Assembly: GCA_964016885.1 (NCBI GenBank)
Contig: OZ024758.1
Coordinates: forward strand, 22,630,001 to 22,694,000
DNA length: 64,000 nucleotides
Reading direction: 5' to 3'
DNA from: Eledone cirrhosa
Lineage: Eukaryota
Positions 25,621 to 39,609 of this stretch are shown in pieces. A model generated the notes under the pieces. It was not told the DNA's origin. It was given only the letters and a program-made list of their open reading frames with translations, and made no database searches. Positions within the stretch are counted from its first letter, which is position 1; every line of letters begins with the position of its first letter. The position numbers and the translations under genes were made by a program.

Positions 25621-26845
25621 ATATTTTCTCATCTTGTGACGTTAAACTCTGCCAGTTGCAGGGTGCGCATCAATATGTGATATCCACAAAGTTCGATCAT
25701 CGGCAGCAGAGTTCAAAGAGCAAAGACCAAGTCCAGTCCATAAGTTGACATTGTCAAACTATCGTTTTCGCTGCCGGCCTCTGCTTTTCTTACCAGCCAA
25801 CCTTCCTTTTTTTTTTTTTTTTTTAATTATTTTCTCATACGTGCTTCTATATAAGCCCTGGCTGCTTTTTGTAATGTCATCTCGCCCTGGGATCTTGTGG
25901 CAAATCAAGGAACAATTATTAGTAAATAATATAGAAATTGTTATAGTTTATAACACATAGTTGAGAGATTAACAAAATGAAAAAAGATACCTTTCTAATA
26001 AGTGTTTGGAAATTTCAAATTAAATTATTCTTATTTTCAGTATTTATAGTCTGGAAACTTGACTGTATTGTTTATAAGTAGTAGTTGATTTGATAGGATT
26101 GCTAACTGAAGAGTATTTGCCGATGGTGTTAAGCAGATCATATTCAACCTACCTCAAGAAATACTGGAACCCGTGGTGATTGTTGAAATTATGCAATCAC
26201 CCAGTAAAAAGAGAATTCACTACTAAGTGGTAAGAGTGTTAGCCTTACGATAATAATATCGTTGGTTCGTTTCTTGGATAGGGTTGTATGTTGTGTTTAT
26301 AGGTAAGTCCTGTACTATTTATTGGTAGAGATGAGATAGGGTTGTATGTTGTGTTTATAGATAAGTCCTGTACTATTTATAGGCGGCGAATTGGTAGAGA
26401 TGAAATAGGGTTGTATGTTGTGTTTATAGGTAAGTCCCTGTACTATTCATAGGCGGCGAATTGGTAGAGATGATTCGGGATTAATTCTTACACCATCACG
26501 AAAGTACTACCAACAAGACCTGTCCCAGATGTGCGCAGAGCAACGAAACGATTCTGCAGGCATTAGTTCAACGTCCGGGCATTGGTGATTTGTGGATTCA
26601 TGCCAAATGGCGGTGAATTGGCAGAGAACGTCAGATAGAATGCTTTATGCTATTCGTTCCGACTCTCTGCTGTCTCAGTTCAAATCCCGCCGAGGTCAAC
26701 TTTGCCTTTCATCCTTTCGAGGTCGATAAAAAAAGTTATAATGGTATTCGTTATAACGGAATTTTACCTGTATATCTATGTACATGTATATTAAAAGTAG
26801 TTAAGACTGAGTTACTTCACCATAATTGCTTTATTACATATATGC

Positions 26846-27118
26846 AAGGGCCTTGTTTCAGGGGGGGGGGGACCAGTCCGTCCACTTTTTCAAACGTCTA
26901 TATTTTATTTTTTGTTTATTTGATATAATAAATTCTTTTTAAGCTTATTTTTTTTTACATCTGAACTTCATTTGAATATATAAAATTTAATTGGCGTAAA
27001 ATTTTACTTATGTGATAGGGTCCGGGAAAGGCACCATAAGTAATTTATGCTTCTTTAGGAATCAACAAATGTTGGTTTGTCCCCCTCACATTTTTAAGGC
27101 AGGCAGACGAGGCCCCTG
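26846..27118. mobile_element. hAT-like MITE (same family as 15393-15903)
   Basis: Termini CAAGGGCCTTGT / ACGAGGCCCCTG and a shared internal body. Confidence 0.75.
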
Positions 27119-27170
27119 CATGTGACTTCATCAGACGCTCATACAATCATAGTTGTAGTTATGCAATAAT

Positions 27171-27350
27171 TGTTTCTATTTTAGGCACAAGGCCAGCAAA
27201 TACCCAGTGCATTACTGGTACTTTATTTTATCGACCCCGTAAGGATGAAAGGCAAAGTCAACCTCGGCGGGATTTGAACTCAGAATGGCAAGGGTCGTAA
27301 CTCTTGGCGTCAAAGCATGGTGTCCGACCCTCTACCGATACTGCCAATCC
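27171..27350 (-). mobile_element. SINE family A with TSD
   Basis: Full copy flanked by ATGCAATAAT. Confidence 0.88.
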
Positions 27351-27449
27351 ATGCAATAATGGGGCTATGTCGTTGGTCATGAATTACTTTCTGTTGTGAT
27401 ACCAGCAGACATATATTAATATATACACGTGTGGGTACAAACACACATA

Positions 27450-27611
27450 CAGGTAAAATTCCGTTATAACGAATACCATTATAAAGAATTTTTCAGTATA
27501 CGGGAATTTTTTTCAATCCCCGGCCACATGCTCGATCACGTTATAAAGAATTTTTCGTTACAACGAATTTTTTTAATACCCCGTGAAAATCGTTATAACA
27601 AAATTTCACTG
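27450..27611. mobile_element. pogo/Tigger-like MITE
   Basis: TA-CAGGTAAAATTCCGTTATAACGA...CGTTATAACAAAATTTCACTG. End fragments also at about 21043 and 26735-26770. Confidence 0.65.
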
Positions 27612-27615
27612 CATA

Positions 27616-27710
27616 CAGGGTGTTCCCCAAAAATGTATACAGACTTGATTACCTGTACAAGCAATATTTATCAGAATATCGAAGTGTGGATACATTTTTT
27701 CGACACCCTG
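27616..27710. mobile_element. Tc1/mariner-like MITE
   Basis: TA-CAGGGTGT...ACACCCTG-TA. Related inverted copy at about 32609-32708. Confidence 0.75.
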
Positions 27711-28149
27711 TATATATATCAAATCAATTAACAGAGTTGAAGACTCACATCGTCACTCTGGTGGTTTTTTTATCCACATTGATTGAACACGTCTCTATAT
27801 ACTTCTCTCTATATGAGGAACGATCGACTTTCGTCAAATCGGACCGAGGAAACGATGCTTCCATTGGTCTTTCCAATTGCTAATACTATCTATCGGTCGC
27901 AACTCCAGGTAGAAGGAGCAACGTGAAATAAAGTGTCTTGCTCAAGGACATAACGCATCGCTTGGTCCGGGAATCGAACTCACAACCTCACGATTGTGAA
28001 TCCAATTCTCTTACCACTCAGCCACACACCTCCTATATGTTGATATATATATATATAAAACGAAGGAAATGTGGTAAGGAACCAGGTGGACCATAACGCA
28101 CCAAAGTACTCAATACTTAGGGTAGTAGAGTGGGTAATAGGAACAAGTA

Positions 28150-28187
<38 letters not shown>

Positions 28188-28912
28188 TAGAGTGCTTCTT
28201 ATCCGATATCTGCATTGCTTTATTGTACTACAATAAAACTCACCTCCTACTATATATATATATATATATATAGCCACACGTGTATATATATATATATAGC
28301 CACACGTGTATATATTAATATATTCTCATGAATTATATAATTCCTAATTCTCAAAAGAAGTTACCTTGATTGATCACTCGTTGGACTCCTGAGAATAGCA
28401 GTCATTAAAGATGGACGCTATATTTAGAATCAGTGCAATATGTACGTACAGACGCACACACATACCTACACATTCTAAATATAGCACCAAGTTTGACTGG
28501 ATATATATATATATATAGTGAAAGAGTGAAGAATAACTTGTTATCCCTTATATATATATATATATGCAACCCCGTTCTTCCCCCAACCCTTGCTTTCACA
28601 TACACACACACGTACACCTACACACACACACCACCTCCAGCCCTCCCCGCTCGGACACCCCATCTCCCGCTCCCCACTCCACCCGCCACCACCCCTACAC
28701 ACCCCACACCCTTCCACCACCTGCTTTACCCCTTTTTAATTTCAGTTTATTTTGATCATGCTTTTATATTTATTTTTATTTCATTTCTTTTTATTTTGAT
28801 CATGCTTTATTTTTATTTTTATTTTTCATTTCATTCGCACCGTTTCCTTTCGCTATATGTCTCTCCACCACTCCCCTACACATCCTTTGAATTCTGTTCC
28901 CACACACTTCTC

Positions 28913-28944
28913 ACCTGAGGAAGGGCTTATGCCCGAAACGTCGT
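28913..28944 (+). ncRNA. Minimal type-I hammerhead ribozyme motif
   Basis: AC-CTGAGGA-A-GGGC-ttat-GCCC-GAAA-CG-TC-GT: canonical core with a GUC site and a short stem I. Confidence 0.75.
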
Positions 28945-29032
28945 CCCCACCACCACCCCACTCTCCAGAGCGTGAAATTAATAAACATTCGTTGTACTAC
29001 CTCTCTGTTTTGTTCCTGTTCAAATTTTCCAT

Positions 29033-29067
<35 letters not shown>

Positions 29068-29360
29068 TTATACATACACACACACATATATATATATATA
29101 TACACACATATTTATACATACATATATATATATATATATATACACATATTTATGTATATACACATTTATTTATATACACACACACACACACATATATTTA
29201 TGTATATACATATACACATATTTATGTATATACATATTCATATATGTACATATATATACACATATACGTATATATATATATATTATTTATGTACATATAT
29301 ATATATATACACACACATTTACTTATATATACATATTTATATATGTACATATATATGCAT

Positions 29361-30880
29361 AAACCTTCTATCCCAGTCTGTTGTCCCAGTTTTCAAAAAG
29401 GGAAACAAATCCCTTGCCGTGAATTACCGTCCAATCTCACTCACCTCTCATATCATTAAGGTATTTGAGAGAGTGGTGAGATCGCGAATGACCCACTTCC
29501 TTGAGAGTAACAATATGCTGAACTCCAACCAGCATGGATTCCGTAATGGAAGGGATTGCCTGACGCAGCTACTGCATCACTTTGATGACATTTTGAGAGC
29601 CTTGGGAGAGGGTTCCAACACTGATGTTATCTACCTTGATTTCAGCAAGGCCTTTGACAGGGTTGATCATAACATTCTACTGAGAAAGCTGTCCAATATT
29701 GGTGTCACTGGAAAGCTGCTGCAGTGGATCAAGAGCTTCCTGTCAAACAGAACCCAACATGTTGTAGTTGAGGGAGTCAAATCAAGCCCAGCCAAAGTCA
29801 GTAGTGGGGTCCCACAAGGCACTGTGTTGGGCCCACTTCTCTTCATCATCTATATTAATGACATCACTGACATCATCAAACACAGCAACATTAAAATTTT
29901 CGCTGATGATTCCAAGCTCCAAAAGGTCATCAATGGCGTGGATGACCGGATAAGCCTTCAGTCAGACCTACTGGCTGTTACCCAATGGGCAGAAAAGAAC
30001 AACATGTTACTGAACGAAGACAAATTCGAACTGATCCACTTTGGAAAAGAGGATGCTCTGAAACTCCCGTACTCCCTTCCCTCCGGGGAAACTCTCGTGG
30101 CATCTAACAACATCAGAGACTTGGGAGTAACCGTGGACAGCAACATAAGCTGGACCACGCATATAAGCAGCAAAGTTGACATGGCCCGCAGAATGTGTTC
30201 CTGGATCCTCAGAACCTTCCAGTCGAGAGATTCCCGCACCATTATCCTTCTCTTCTCTACTTTTGCCCGACCACACCTTGAATACTGTTGTCCACTGTGG
30301 TCTCCCCACACGAAACAAAGTATCATGAAACTTGAAGCTCCTCAAAGGGCAATCACGAAAAAGATAGATGGCATGTCAGACCTTGACTACTGGGGTCGAT
30401 TAGAAAACCTGAAACTTTACTCACTCCAACGTCGCCGTGAGCGTTATATTATCTGCATGATGTGGAAAATGTTCCATCATCACTGCCCAAATGATGTTGG
30501 CATCGCCTTCAAGATACACCCAAGGCTTGGGCCCCGTGCTATCCGTCCCATTCAAAAATCTAAATCGCAACTCATAACAACAATATGGCACAATTATTTC
30601 ACCTCAATCGGCCCTGCTCTCTTCAACATCACACCAGGACACGTCAAAACAGAAACTGACCACACAAAATTCAAGAAGTCTTTGGACAAATTCCTCCAAG
30701 TAATCCCGGACAAACCACCCACACCCGGATATGTCTCCGCAAACAGTAATTCTCTTCTCGAATGGGCCATGGTGCCCAAATCCTGAATTGAAAGACTTCG
30801 CCAGGTGGTGCTATTAAGTTAGACATGGCCTGGGCCAATACTGGCCAAAACATTTCAAAGTTATTCAAAGTTCAAAGTTA
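29361..30880 (+). mobile_element. CR1-group LINE, 5'-truncated, with a short 3' UTR and (TTCAAAG)-type tail
   Basis: ORF, then about 95 nt ending TTCAAAGTTATTCAAAGTTCAAAGTTA. Both flanks are degenerate (TA/CA)n. Confidence 0.9.
29362..30786 (+). CDS. Reverse transcriptase (ORF2 3' part) of a 5'-truncated CR1-group LINE
   Basis: 474 open codons with [69 protein letters not shown] and RPHLEYC..LWSP. No endonuclease domain. Confidence 0.95.
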   Translation, partial: NLLSQSVVPVFKKGNKSLAVNYRPISLTSHIIKVFERVVRSRMTHFLESNNMLNSNQHGFRNGRDCLTQLLHHFDDILRALGEGSNTDVIYLDFSKAFDRVDHNILLRKLSNIGVTGKLLQWIKSFLSNRTQHVVVEGVKSSPAKVSSGVPQGTVLGPLLFIIYINDITDIIKHSNIKIFADDSKLQKVINGVDDRISLQSDLLAVTQWAEKNNMLLNEDKFELIHFGKEDALKLPYSLPSGETLVASNNIRDLGVTVDSNISWTTHISSKVDMARRMCSWILRTFQSRDSRTIILLFSTFARPHLEYCCPLWSPHTKQSIMKLEAPQRAITKKIDGMSDLDYWGRLENLKLYSLQRRRERYIICMMWKMFHHHCPNDVGIAFKIHPRLGPRAIRPIQKSKSQLITTIWHNYFTSIGPALFNITPGHVKTETDHTKFKKSLDKFLQVIPDKPPTPGYVSANSNSLLEWAMVPKS

Positions 30881-31283
30881 TACGTATATATATATACATA
30901 TACATATTTATATATGTACATATATATACACACACACGCACATATACTTATATATATACATATACGTATATATATATATACACATACACACATACTTATA
31001 TACATATACGTATATATATATATATATATAAGAACGAGTAGGACCCCGACGGCTGAGCTCAAGCTGTTTCGACGGCTAATTCTGGACGATATATACACAC
31101 ACATACTTATATATACATATACGTATATATACATACACACGTATATATACATACACACACATACTTACATATACATATACGTATAATACACACACATACT
31201 TATATATACATACACGTATAATAAACCTTTCAAGGATTTACACAAGTCCAGCCTCGTGTCATGTTATTATAATTATATATATG

Positions 31284-31314
<31 letters not shown>

Positions 31315-31954
31315 CAAAGGCATGTATATATCTTAGTTATTTATCTATAGGTTGCCAAAATACGTCAATGGCAGTAAATGTTAATACAGTGTTCATTGGT
31401 CCAGCTGTATAAGACTGAACTGAATTTACAGCTGTTCCAGTGTTATAAAGACATCCTATTACAACAGACAGGAAACATCAACTTAGGTATTCATTTTCTA
31501 TATAGCAGCAACACACCAGCTTATATTAAATATCTAGACGCAGACGTTTGTATTTATAGAGATTGGACATAGGCTGCCAAACAAGTAATCAAGTGTTCAG
31601 TGTTTTCTGACCCGTTACTCTTATTCTAGACGTCATTAAACCAATCAACTCTCACGTGATCAATCCAGCTCATCGAGCTATAAAGACTATAAAGAGGTTT
31701 CATATGACAGGAACAACATGCCATTGCAGGCTGAGGTAATAGTAGTGGTATTGAATCGATAATGGTTTCTACTTTTGGCACAAGGCCAGCAAAAGACTTT
31801 ATTTTATCGACCTCTGGATGAAAGGCAAAGTCAACCTCGGCGGGATTTGAACTCAGATCGTAAAGGGACGTAACTATGCTGGAAAGCATGTAAGAGCCTC
31901 TACCGATACTGCCAATTCATTGAATCGATAATGGTTTCTTATATAGATAAAAGG

Positions 31955-32238
31955 ACAGGGGCTTCGTTTGCCTTAAAAAATGTGAGGGGGGACAAACCAA
32001 CATTTGTTGATTCTTAAAGGAGTATAAATGACTTAAGGTGCCTTTCCTGGACCCTACCACATAAGTAAAATGTTACGCTACTTAAATCTTATATATTCAA
32101 ATAAATAAAGTTCAGATATAAAAAAAAATAAGCTTAAAAAGAATTTATATCAAATAAACAAAAAATGAAATATAGACGTTTGAAAAAGATGGGGGGAGGG
32201 ACTTGACCCCTGGTAACCCCCCCCCCCTTGCACAAGGC
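31955..32238. mobile_element. hAT-like MITE (inverted copy of the 26846 family) nested in SINE A sequence
   Basis: Starts CAGGGGCTTCGTTTGCCTTAAAAAATGTGA; the body is the reverse complement of 26846-27118. Confidence 0.7.
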
Positions 32239-33191
32239 CATCAATTTTGGGGGAGGGGAAAGTCGATTAAATCAACCCCAATACGTTACTGGTACTCTAT
32301 TTTATCGACCCCGTAAGGATGAAAGGCAAAGTAAACCTCGGCGGGATTTGAACTCAGAACGTAAAGGGACGTAATTCTATGCCATTAAGCATGGTGTCCG
32401 ACACTCTACCGATTCTGCCAATGGTATTGAATTGATAATTTTTTCTACGTTTGGCACGAGGCCAGCAAATACCCAGTGCATTACTGGTACTTTATTTTAT
32501 CGACCCTGTAAGGATGAAAGGCAAAGTTATAATGTTATAGAGATAGGGGCGAAAGTTTAAGAGGTTTGCATCGCAATCACGAGGTTCCGAGTTCTATTCC
32601 ATTATATACAGGGTGTTCCACAAAAATATATACACACTTCAACAGCAATCCAATAAATATTGCCTGTATAAGTAATCAAAGTGTGTATACAGTTTTTCGG
32701 GACACCATATATATATAATAATATTAAAAGGGAACAAAGAATCAGTGTTGCATCATATACATATTTAATTACATATGTTTCACTGCCGATCAGCTCGAGG
32801 AACGATCGATTAAGGTTCGATCCTGACTCTGAAATTGTAAGCTCTTCAGATGTGTTTACATGTGGACTCGCGTCTAAGTGTGGTTGGATTCTTATCTCGA
32901 TTCATCAATTTAGGCTGCCACACACTCAATACATACATACATACATATTTAACAAAGGGTATAAGTAAGAAATTGCTAGGATTATATAACAGTTGTTAGA
33001 TGAAATAACAAAAATGACTGATTTACTTCATATATAAAGGTTTACTTCACTTCAGTCAAAAAGAACAATAAACAAGTTACCACGAGTTGCGAAGGTTGAC
33101 AATGTTATTTTTGTTGTTGGTTCATGAGGCTGGTGTAGTCGGAGACCAGGAGAGAGAGAGAGAGAGAGAGAGAGTAATGGTCTGTAATTGA

Positions 33192-34848
33192 CTGTAGACC
33201 ACTGTGGCCTGTAGATAGCGGTGAATATTTCACATAGCTTGTAATAGCGTACTGCTCCGATCGCTCTGTATGTCTGTAGACCTCTGGGGCCTGAATGTAG
33301 AGGTGAATCTTTCACATGGCTAGTCTGTATCGTGGTGCTCCGATTGCTCTGTATGTCTGTAGACCTCTGGGGCCTGAATGTAGAGGTGAATCTTTCACAT
33401 GGCTGGTCTGTATCGTGGTGCTCCGATTGCTCTGTATGTCTGTAGACCTCTGGGGCCTGAATGTAGAGGTGAATCTTTCACATGGCTGGTCTGTATCGTG
33501 GTGCTCCGATTGCTCTGTATGTCTGTAGACCTCTGGGGCCTGAATGTAGCGGTGAATCTTTCACATGGCTAGTCTGTATCGTGGTGCTCCGATTGCTCTG
33601 TATGTCTGTAGACCTCTGGGGCCTGAATGTAGCGGTGAATCTTTCACATGGCTGGTCTGTATCGTGGTGCTCCGATTGCTCTGTATGTCTGTAGACCTCT
33701 GGGGCCTGAATGTAGCGGTGAATCTTTCACATGGCTGGTCTGTATCGTGGGGCTCCGATTGCTCTGTATGTCTGTAGACCTCTGGGGCCTGAATGTAGCG
33801 GTGAATCTTTCACATGGCTGGTCTGTATCGTGGTGCTCCGATTGCTCTGTATGTCTGTAGACCTCTGGGGCCTGAATGTAGCGGTGAATCTTTCACATGG
33901 CTGGTCTGTATCGTGGTGCTCCGATTGCTCTGTATGTCTGTAGACCTCTGGGGCCTGAATGTAGCGGTGAATCTTTCACATGGCTAGTCTGTATCGTGGT
34001 GCTCCGATTGCTCTGTATGTCTGTAGACCTCTGGGGCCTGAATGTAGCGGTGAATCTTTCACATGGCTGGTCTGTATCGTGGTGCTCCGATTGCTCTGTA
34101 TGTCTGTAGACCTCTGGGGCCTGAATGTAGCGGTGAATCTTTCACATGGCTGGTCTGTATCGTGGTGCTCCGATTGCTCTGTATGTCTGTAGACCTCTGG
34201 GGCCTGAATGTAGCGGTGAATCTTTCACATGACTGGTCTGTATCGTGGTGCTCCGATTGCTCTGTATGTCTGTAGACCTCTGGGGCCTGAATGTAGAGGT
34301 GAATCTTTCACATGGCTGGTCTGTATCGTGGTGCTCCGATTGCTCTGTATGTCTGTAGACCTCTGGGGCCTGAATGTAGAGGTGAATCTTTCACATGGCT
34401 GGTCTGTATCGTGGTGCTCCGATTGCTCTGTATGTCTGTAGACCTCTGGGGCCTGAATGTAGCGGTGAATCTTTCACATGGCTGGTCTGTATCGTGGTGC
34501 TCCGATTGCTCTGTATGTCTGTAGACCTCTGGGGCCTGAATGTAGCGGTGAATCTTTCACATGGCTAGTCTGTATCGTGGTGCTCCGATTGCTCTGTATG
34601 TCTGTAGACCTCTGGGGCCTGAATGTAGCGGTGAATCTTTCACATGGCTGGTCTGTATCGTGGTGCTCCAATCGCTCTGTATGTCTGTAGACCTCTGGGG
34701 CCTGAATGTAGAGGTGAATCTTTCACATGGCTGGTCTGTATCGTGGTGCTCCAATCGCTCTGTATGTCTGTAGACCTCTGGGGCCTGAATGTAGAGGTGA
34801 ATCTTTCACATGGCTGGTCTGTATCGTGGTGCTCCGATTGCTCTGTAT
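33192..34848. repeat. 83-bp tandem satellite, about 20 units
   Basis: Unit TGTAGACCTCTGGGGCCTGAATGTAGCGGTGAATCTTTCACATGGCTGGTCTGTATCGTGGTGCTCCGATTGCTCTGTATGTC. ORF starts recur every 83 bp; the first unit is diverged. Confidence 0.97.
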
Positions 34849-37044
34849 GCAAGGTGGGAAAATATAGGCTTTATATACCTGTCGCTTTCTGTCTTCCCAC
34901 CCACCTTGAGGGGGATAGCCCATGCATGAACCTGTTCACACCAAAAGGGTGGTGACCTAGAGTTTGACTTTTAGGTGTCACCCAAAGTTCAAGGCGTGGA
35001 CAGATCTCGCTTCACATATATGTATGTTCGTGAAATTAAAAAATGACTTTTCTTTTAAGTTTTGTACCAACAAAGACAATCTTCAGATGGGTTTTCAGTA
35101 AAGAAGTTTATCTAAGTATCAATTACTGAATGAAGTTTGATAGTAAAACCTACAAACAACTGGTTATATCTCTGCATGAATTATTGGATACCAACAGCAA
35201 GTTCATAGATATACCCATATATGAGGTAAAGATATGGTAAATATCTTATGAAAATGTGAAATATTAAATGTGTTGAACACAGAAGAGTGTATTATAAATA
35301 ACCAGTGTACAATAAACTTTTCGGAGAAGACTGCAGCATCACTTAATTCCTCCTGGTTGCAATTTATCAAAAATGTATCTATATGCCTGTATTTAGTGGG
35401 AAATAATAACATTTTAGTTACTTGAATTCACGCGATTTTTCAATTCTAAAAATGTCTTCGTAATATACAGATTACAATGTTTTGATCCATTAATATATGT
35501 ATTGCATCCATAATTTTCCATTCAATTTTGAAGTTGTGATTGCTATTTTCCTTCGACTTCCATATATATAGCTGGAAAAAGCTGTTGCATTAATCATATC
35601 TTTATTGACCATATGTGAATATTTATGATTTTACTCCCTGTAACACATTCCATCATGTTTAAGTATCCAGATATTTACATTTACAATAGCTATCAAATAC
35701 TATTTAATAACTGTCAATAGGATAACATTTTCCATAGAAAATCTATTTTTGGACTGCTTTTGTTGGAATAAAACCTAAATGTATAGATCAGTAGTAATTT
35801 TAAAGATGTGAACTCTATATCGCATATAATCAAAAGGCCTTACCAATCGCAGCAATGGCTACCCGTCTAGATCAGTGACTGAATACAGAGGCGACACCTT
35901 TGTTCAGACAAACTATCAAGTGCTGATAAAATACATCCGGTCCACGATGTAATTTTTGAGGGGAGCTGGGAGAAAAACTGGGTATAAGAGGAATCAGGTG
36001 TAATACACATTGATGATGGTTAGAACCAGAACAACAAATTAGACAAGTATGAGAAAAGGTAAGTGGAAGTGCTAAAAGCTGAACTCACAAATAAGATGAC
36101 AAAGGAATGTGACCAGTGGTGAAAGGCCATGCAAGAAAGGATCCATCTAACCCATGCAAGCATGGAGAAACAAGCAATTTTATGTCTGCTTTTCTATGTT
36201 TGTATAAGTTAGATGGGCCCTTTCCAGCACAAACTCCCTTCCTTTGTCATCTTCTGTGATTTTGATATCAGCTCTAACTACCTCTGCTTAATTTTTCCTC
36301 AGTTTTCATCTACATCAGCTTCCAATCACAGGCATCTCTTAGTATTTCTTTACCCAGCAGCTACCATCCATATGCATTACATATCCATACCAGCAGACTT
36401 CTCTCTTGCACACATCCGACTCCTCTTCTACCCAGTTTCTCTAAGATCATCCACACACACACTAACATTACATATCCATCAAAGTATGCTTGCTTCATTT
36501 CTCTCCAATCTCTGAATATTCAATTTTCAAGTTAGCCTTTTTAATATATATTTCAGAAGTGATGGTGATCAAACATAAGTGTCTGTGAAACATATACATA
36601 TACACCAGGTCTGAACACAAAGGAACCAAACTCCTGTGTAACTGCCTCCTTATCTCTGCTCTCACTATTATGAGCAAATGGGGGCCCACGTGTTGGTTTA
36701 TATATATATATATATATATCTATCAACTAGAAATAGATTGAGATATATATATAAAATAAATACATGAAACAACCACAGGGAATAATTTGTAAAGAATGTA
36801 GGCACACATAGCTAGGTAGGTAACTAATTAAAGTTTGACTAGAACTTCAAATATAGATACCTTTTAAAATGATTAATCTCAAATTATTCCCTGTGATTGT
36901 TTCATGTATTTATTTTATATATATATATATATGTCAATCTATTTCTAGTTGATATGTAATGCTCGGATTAATCTTTGAGCTTATTCTACGGTGGATATGG
37001 CGCATGTCTCTCAGACATGACAACCCTTAATTTTAATTGTGGAT

Positions 37045-37374
37045 ATTATCATCTTTTACGTCCACTTTTCCCTGCTTGCAAGGGTGGGACGGGAACTGAT
37101 TCTGGCTCGATTTCTACAGCTGGATGCCCTTCCTAACACCAACCTCATTTACCGTGAGTGCTGGGTGCTTTTTTGCCGTGGCACCTCCACGACCACTTTG
37201 CAGTGGAATGATAGGGACCCCAGTCCCTATCATCTCATTTCTACAGCTGAGTAAACTGGAGCAATGTGAAATAAAGTGTCTTGCTCAAGGACACAACACA
37301 TCACCCGGTCTGAGAATTGAACTCACAACCTTTCGATTGCAAGCCCAATGCTCTAACCACTAAGCCATGTGCCC

Positions 37375-37375
<1 letters not shown>
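37045..37375 (-). mobile_element. SINE family B (RTE-like GGACGT..(GAT)n tail)
   Basis: Near-identical copies at 39610-39935 (+), 43779-44150 (-), 53484-53822 (-) and 57535-57860 (+). Confidence 0.85.
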
Positions 37376-37438
<63 letters not shown>

Positions 37439-37457
37439 CTTTACTGACACCAACCAC

Positions 37458-37496
<39 letters not shown>

Positions 37497-38037
37497 TTAT
37501 ATGCTACACAAATGTTAAGAAAAATATTTTCACCTTAATTGTTTTTAAAGGTAGGCTGTTATGAGAAATACCATGAGAAACCATCATTAGTTTACATCCT
37601 TTATACTGGCATGGGTTGGACAAGTTGTCCAAGTCAGTTCTTATTCAGAATTATTACCTTCCTAGATGGCTATGAGGACCATATCTTGCTTGTATGTTCC
37701 ATATTTAATATAGTTTTTACAGTTCAATGCCCTTCTTAACAGCAACCATTTTGTAGATTGTACTGAAAATATTTTATTGTAGCAACACTAAAGATTCCTA
37801 TCTATCCTACATTGTTTCCATTTGTTCAGACCTCCCAACCTCTAAAAACCCAAACAGGAATACCATGAAGAAAAATTGCTGCCAAAATGGAGAAATGTGA
37901 CAAAATTGGGAGATTTTACATAATGAAAGCTATACCCATCTTCACAAGAGAAGACATCTCTCACCTGTTGGACGGTACAAACATTTTACAGAGTGTACTG
38001 GGTGTATTTTATCATGGCACTAGCACTAGGCATAAAG

Positions 38038-38074
<37 letters not shown>

Positions 38075-38377
38075 TATTTTGTGATGTCATGCCAGTAGTA
38101 TAGAAAATAGAAAATATATAAGACTAGATAAATAATTAAAGAAATAAACTAACTAATTCTACACATACTTATTGTATATTCATTTTCCCCCATATTACTA
38201 TAGTGCCCATGTTGGGAAACACTGCTATAGCTTGAATGTGTGTTTTTTTTTATCATACTAATTTGTACACTTGCAAACTTATCTGAATTTCCACTGTTGT
38301 CAAATCAACTCAAGAATGTCTGACATCAATATTTCAATAAAATTGACTGAGGTGAGCAGACTATGGCTTCCATTCTA

Positions 38378-39235
38378 TGTACAATACTATGGTACTGTAT
38401 TACTGTGTGTGTACTATCACTGCACATCTCTAGCATGGTAACTACTCAGGAAATACAACTGGTTATAATATAATGCACACACACACACACGCATACATAT
38501 ATACACACACACACACATATATATACATACACACATACATCTATATACACACACATATATACGCACACACACATCATCATCATCGTTTAACGTCCATTTT
38601 CCACGCTAGCATGGGTCTGGACGGGAATTGTCCCACTTGAGGCAAGATTGGTTGTCCTGCTCGTATAGGACTGTCTGGCGGGTTTTCTACGGCTAATGCC
38701 CTTCCTAACACCAACCACATTTACAGTGTGGGGCTGGGAGGTTTTTACCGTGTTACCTACACGGCCACATTACAGCGTGGACTGTGTTTTTTTTGTCGTG
38801 ACACCTACACGACCTCATTTGTTTCGGGCTGGATGTTGTGGCACCAACATGACTTTACATTTAAGGGGGTGGTGTGGATGGGGTGAGAGTAGTGGGACAG
38901 GGGTGTATTTTTGTTAAGAGATGCCTACTGACTGTAGTAGGTTTCATTTTGTACTTAGGCAAGGCGGGTCTTCTGTATAACACATATAATAACTATGGTA
39001 CTGTATTACTGTGTGTACTGTCACTGCACATCTCTAGCATGGTAACTACTAAGGAAATACAACTGGTTATAATATAATGCACACACACACACATACATAT
39101 ATATACACACATATATATATACACACACACATAATACTATGGTACTGTATTACTGTGTGTGCACTATCACTGCACCTCTCTAGGATGGTAACTACTAAGG
39201 AAATACAACTGATTATAATATAAAGCACACACACA
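38378..39235. repeat. Three copies of a ~95-bp unit (38378, 38987, 39134), with a retroposon fragment between copies 1 and 2
   Basis: ACTATGGTACTGTATTACTGTGTG...GGAAATACAACTG.TTATAATATAA.GCACAC recurs three times. Confidence 0.85.
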
Positions 39236-39609
39236 TATATACACACACACACACACACATATATACACACACACACACACATATATACACATACATATAT
39301 ATACACACACACACCGCTCTGATTGATTGACAAGATCCCAGACCTCATTCATTTTCCAAGTGGGATGAACCTTGTCAGATCGGACCAAAGAAACAAAGTC
39401 TCCATTGCTGATACTATCTACCGGTTGCAACTCCTGGCAGAATATATATATACACATATATATATATATATATACATATATATATACTTTGTTTTTGTAT
39501 TGCAAGATTTCTAATCTGAAAGCGTGTACTGAAATAGATATTGTTATACTTTAGGCAGGTCATGCTGCCAATAAAACCAGAATAATAGAGGGGCTCAATT
39601 TGTGTAATG

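Noticed and set aside
28972-29361. N-terminal 130 aa of the 604-aa ORF
   Set aside because: Read-through of flanking microsatellite with a non-ATG start; not part of the LINE protein.
33192-34848. CRISPR array or tandem 70-aa genes
   Set aside because: Contiguous identical units with no unique spacers, no cas genes and a eukaryotic context. The ORFs are a by-product of the 83-bp period, and there is no hammerhead core on either strand.
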